The position numbers and the translations under genes are program-made. 27,572 nucleotides of DNA from Desulfobacteraceae bacterium (GTDB lineage: Bacteria > Desulfobacterota > Desulfobacteria > Desulfobacterales > SURF-7): contig JAUXBD010000001.1 of the NCBI GenBank assembly GCA_030619585.1, positions 1 through 27,572 of the forward strand, read 5' to 3'. A model generated the notes under the pieces. It saw only the letters and a list, made by a program, of their open reading frames with translations, had not been told where the DNA came from and ran no database searches. This document shows positions 26,787 through 27,572 of this stretch, one piece after another; position 1 is the stretch's first letter; each line of letters starts with the position of its first letter.

Positions 26787-27088
26787 CAAGACTCCTCATT
26801 TATAAAGCATAAAATCGATAAAAAGCATAGGGGCGCTTATATCATCGAGAGCTGTTTCAGTCAATACATTATAGGCGGTTACTTTAGGGCATCGGCATGG
26901 GAAAGTAAAAGCGCTATTTGTATAACCAGACAGAAAACATGCTTGACTTGATACAGCTATTAGGTTAAAGACAAAGATGTTTTTCTAAAAGAGAATTCCT
27001 GTTTAGCTGGATTTTACTATAAAGTTACTATTAAACCTTTTCAAAAAAGGTGACCATTATGATTAGATTGGGGGCAAACTCCCTGGAT

Positions 27089-27499
27089 ATGAAAGAGATG
27101 AGTAAATACGATGTTTTTTCATCAAGGCTACAGCTTCTTATTATTATGACCAAGGCCTATTTGAACGGCTACCCTTCAGGGAAGCATCGAAGAGAAGCTG
27201 CGCTAAAAAATGCGAAAGAAGTTTTTTACCGGTCACTTGAAATAGCAAGCGAATCTGCCGACTGGCCCGGCCACATTATGAATTTTCAGCCGGGCGATGA
27301 GCCAGGGCAAAAAATAAATTTCGAGCATGTGATACAGCAGAGAGTCCAGCTTTTGACAGTGATGGCAACAGCTTGTTTTGAAGGGCGCCATGTGGGTGGT
27401 TTTCAAAAAAAAGCCATGGAAGATAACATCAGCTTTTTATGTGAAGCTTTCACCCTCAAAAGCCAGGTAAGCGAAATAGAATTCTTAAAAGTTGCGTGA
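27089..27499 (+). CDS. Hypothetical protein with an internal duplication
   Basis: ORF with two similar segments beginning RLQLL and RVQLL. The start is uncertain (27050, 27089 or 27098). Confidence 0.7.
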   Translation: MKEMSKYDVFSSRLQLLIIMTKAYLNGYPSGKHRREAALKNAKEVFYRSLEIASESADWPGHIMNFQPGDEPGQKINFEHVIQQRVQLLTVMATACFEGRHVGGFQKKAMEDNISFLCEAFTLKSQVSEIEFLKVA

Positions 27500-27572
27500 G
27501 GTTAATTATTTTAGAAAATGTAAAAATTGCCGTTGTTGACGATGATCAAATGTCCAGGGACCTATTGTCCAC
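27496..27572 (+). CDS. Response-regulator receiver-domain protein, 5' fragment (runs off the window)
   Basis: GTG overlaps the preceding TGA (GTGA). Translation MRLIILENVKIAVVDDDQMSRDLLS matches the REC beta1/acidic-pocket/alpha1 pattern. Confidence 0.75.
   Translation, partial: MRLIILENVKIAVVDDDQMSRDLLS

Overview
Probably chromosomal DNA from an AT-rich anaerobic Desulfobacterota (Desulfobacterales-like) bacterium; this taxon is inferred from the gene families. The window seems to start at a contig end, because bases 2-19 match an MGI/BGI sequencing adapter. In order it holds: (1) an oxygen/ROS-defence cluster with partial desulfoferrodoxin, a rubredoxin-like mini-protein, a flavodoxin-domain protein, cydAB, a ferritin-like rubrerythrin, a reverse rubrerythrin, rubredoxin and ferredoxin, plus an APH-family kinase and a Cys-rich 4Fe-4S protein; (2) a DVU0298-like HEAT protein, a DUF3810-like protein and a small orphan behind a sigma54-like promoter; (3) a TIGR03546/TIGR03545 pair, a Zn-ribbon-PilZ protein and a KamA-family aminomutase; (4) a visibly more GC-rich three-gene operon for a cytoplasmic NAD-linked, HydABC-type formate dehydrogenase. 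Its catalytic subunit is a selenoprotein (UGA at 18137-18139 plus a SECIS hairpin, split in two by the ORF track), and a candidate structured leader precedes the operon; (5) an RseC-like gene, a second PilZ-like gene, apt-mtnP and a divergent mtnA; (6) a V4R-like/TM/GAF/HD-GYP protein convergent with a SAM methyltransferase, a hypothetical protein with an internal repeat and the start of a receiver-domain gene. I see no rRNA, tRNA, CRISPR array or transposase. Most parts belong to known families. The most promising unexplained signals are the FDH leader RNA, a homopolymer-dependent fusion of a Cys-rich mini-protein to a rubrerythrin, the sensor/methyltransferase pair, a REP-like repeat and two candidate operators.
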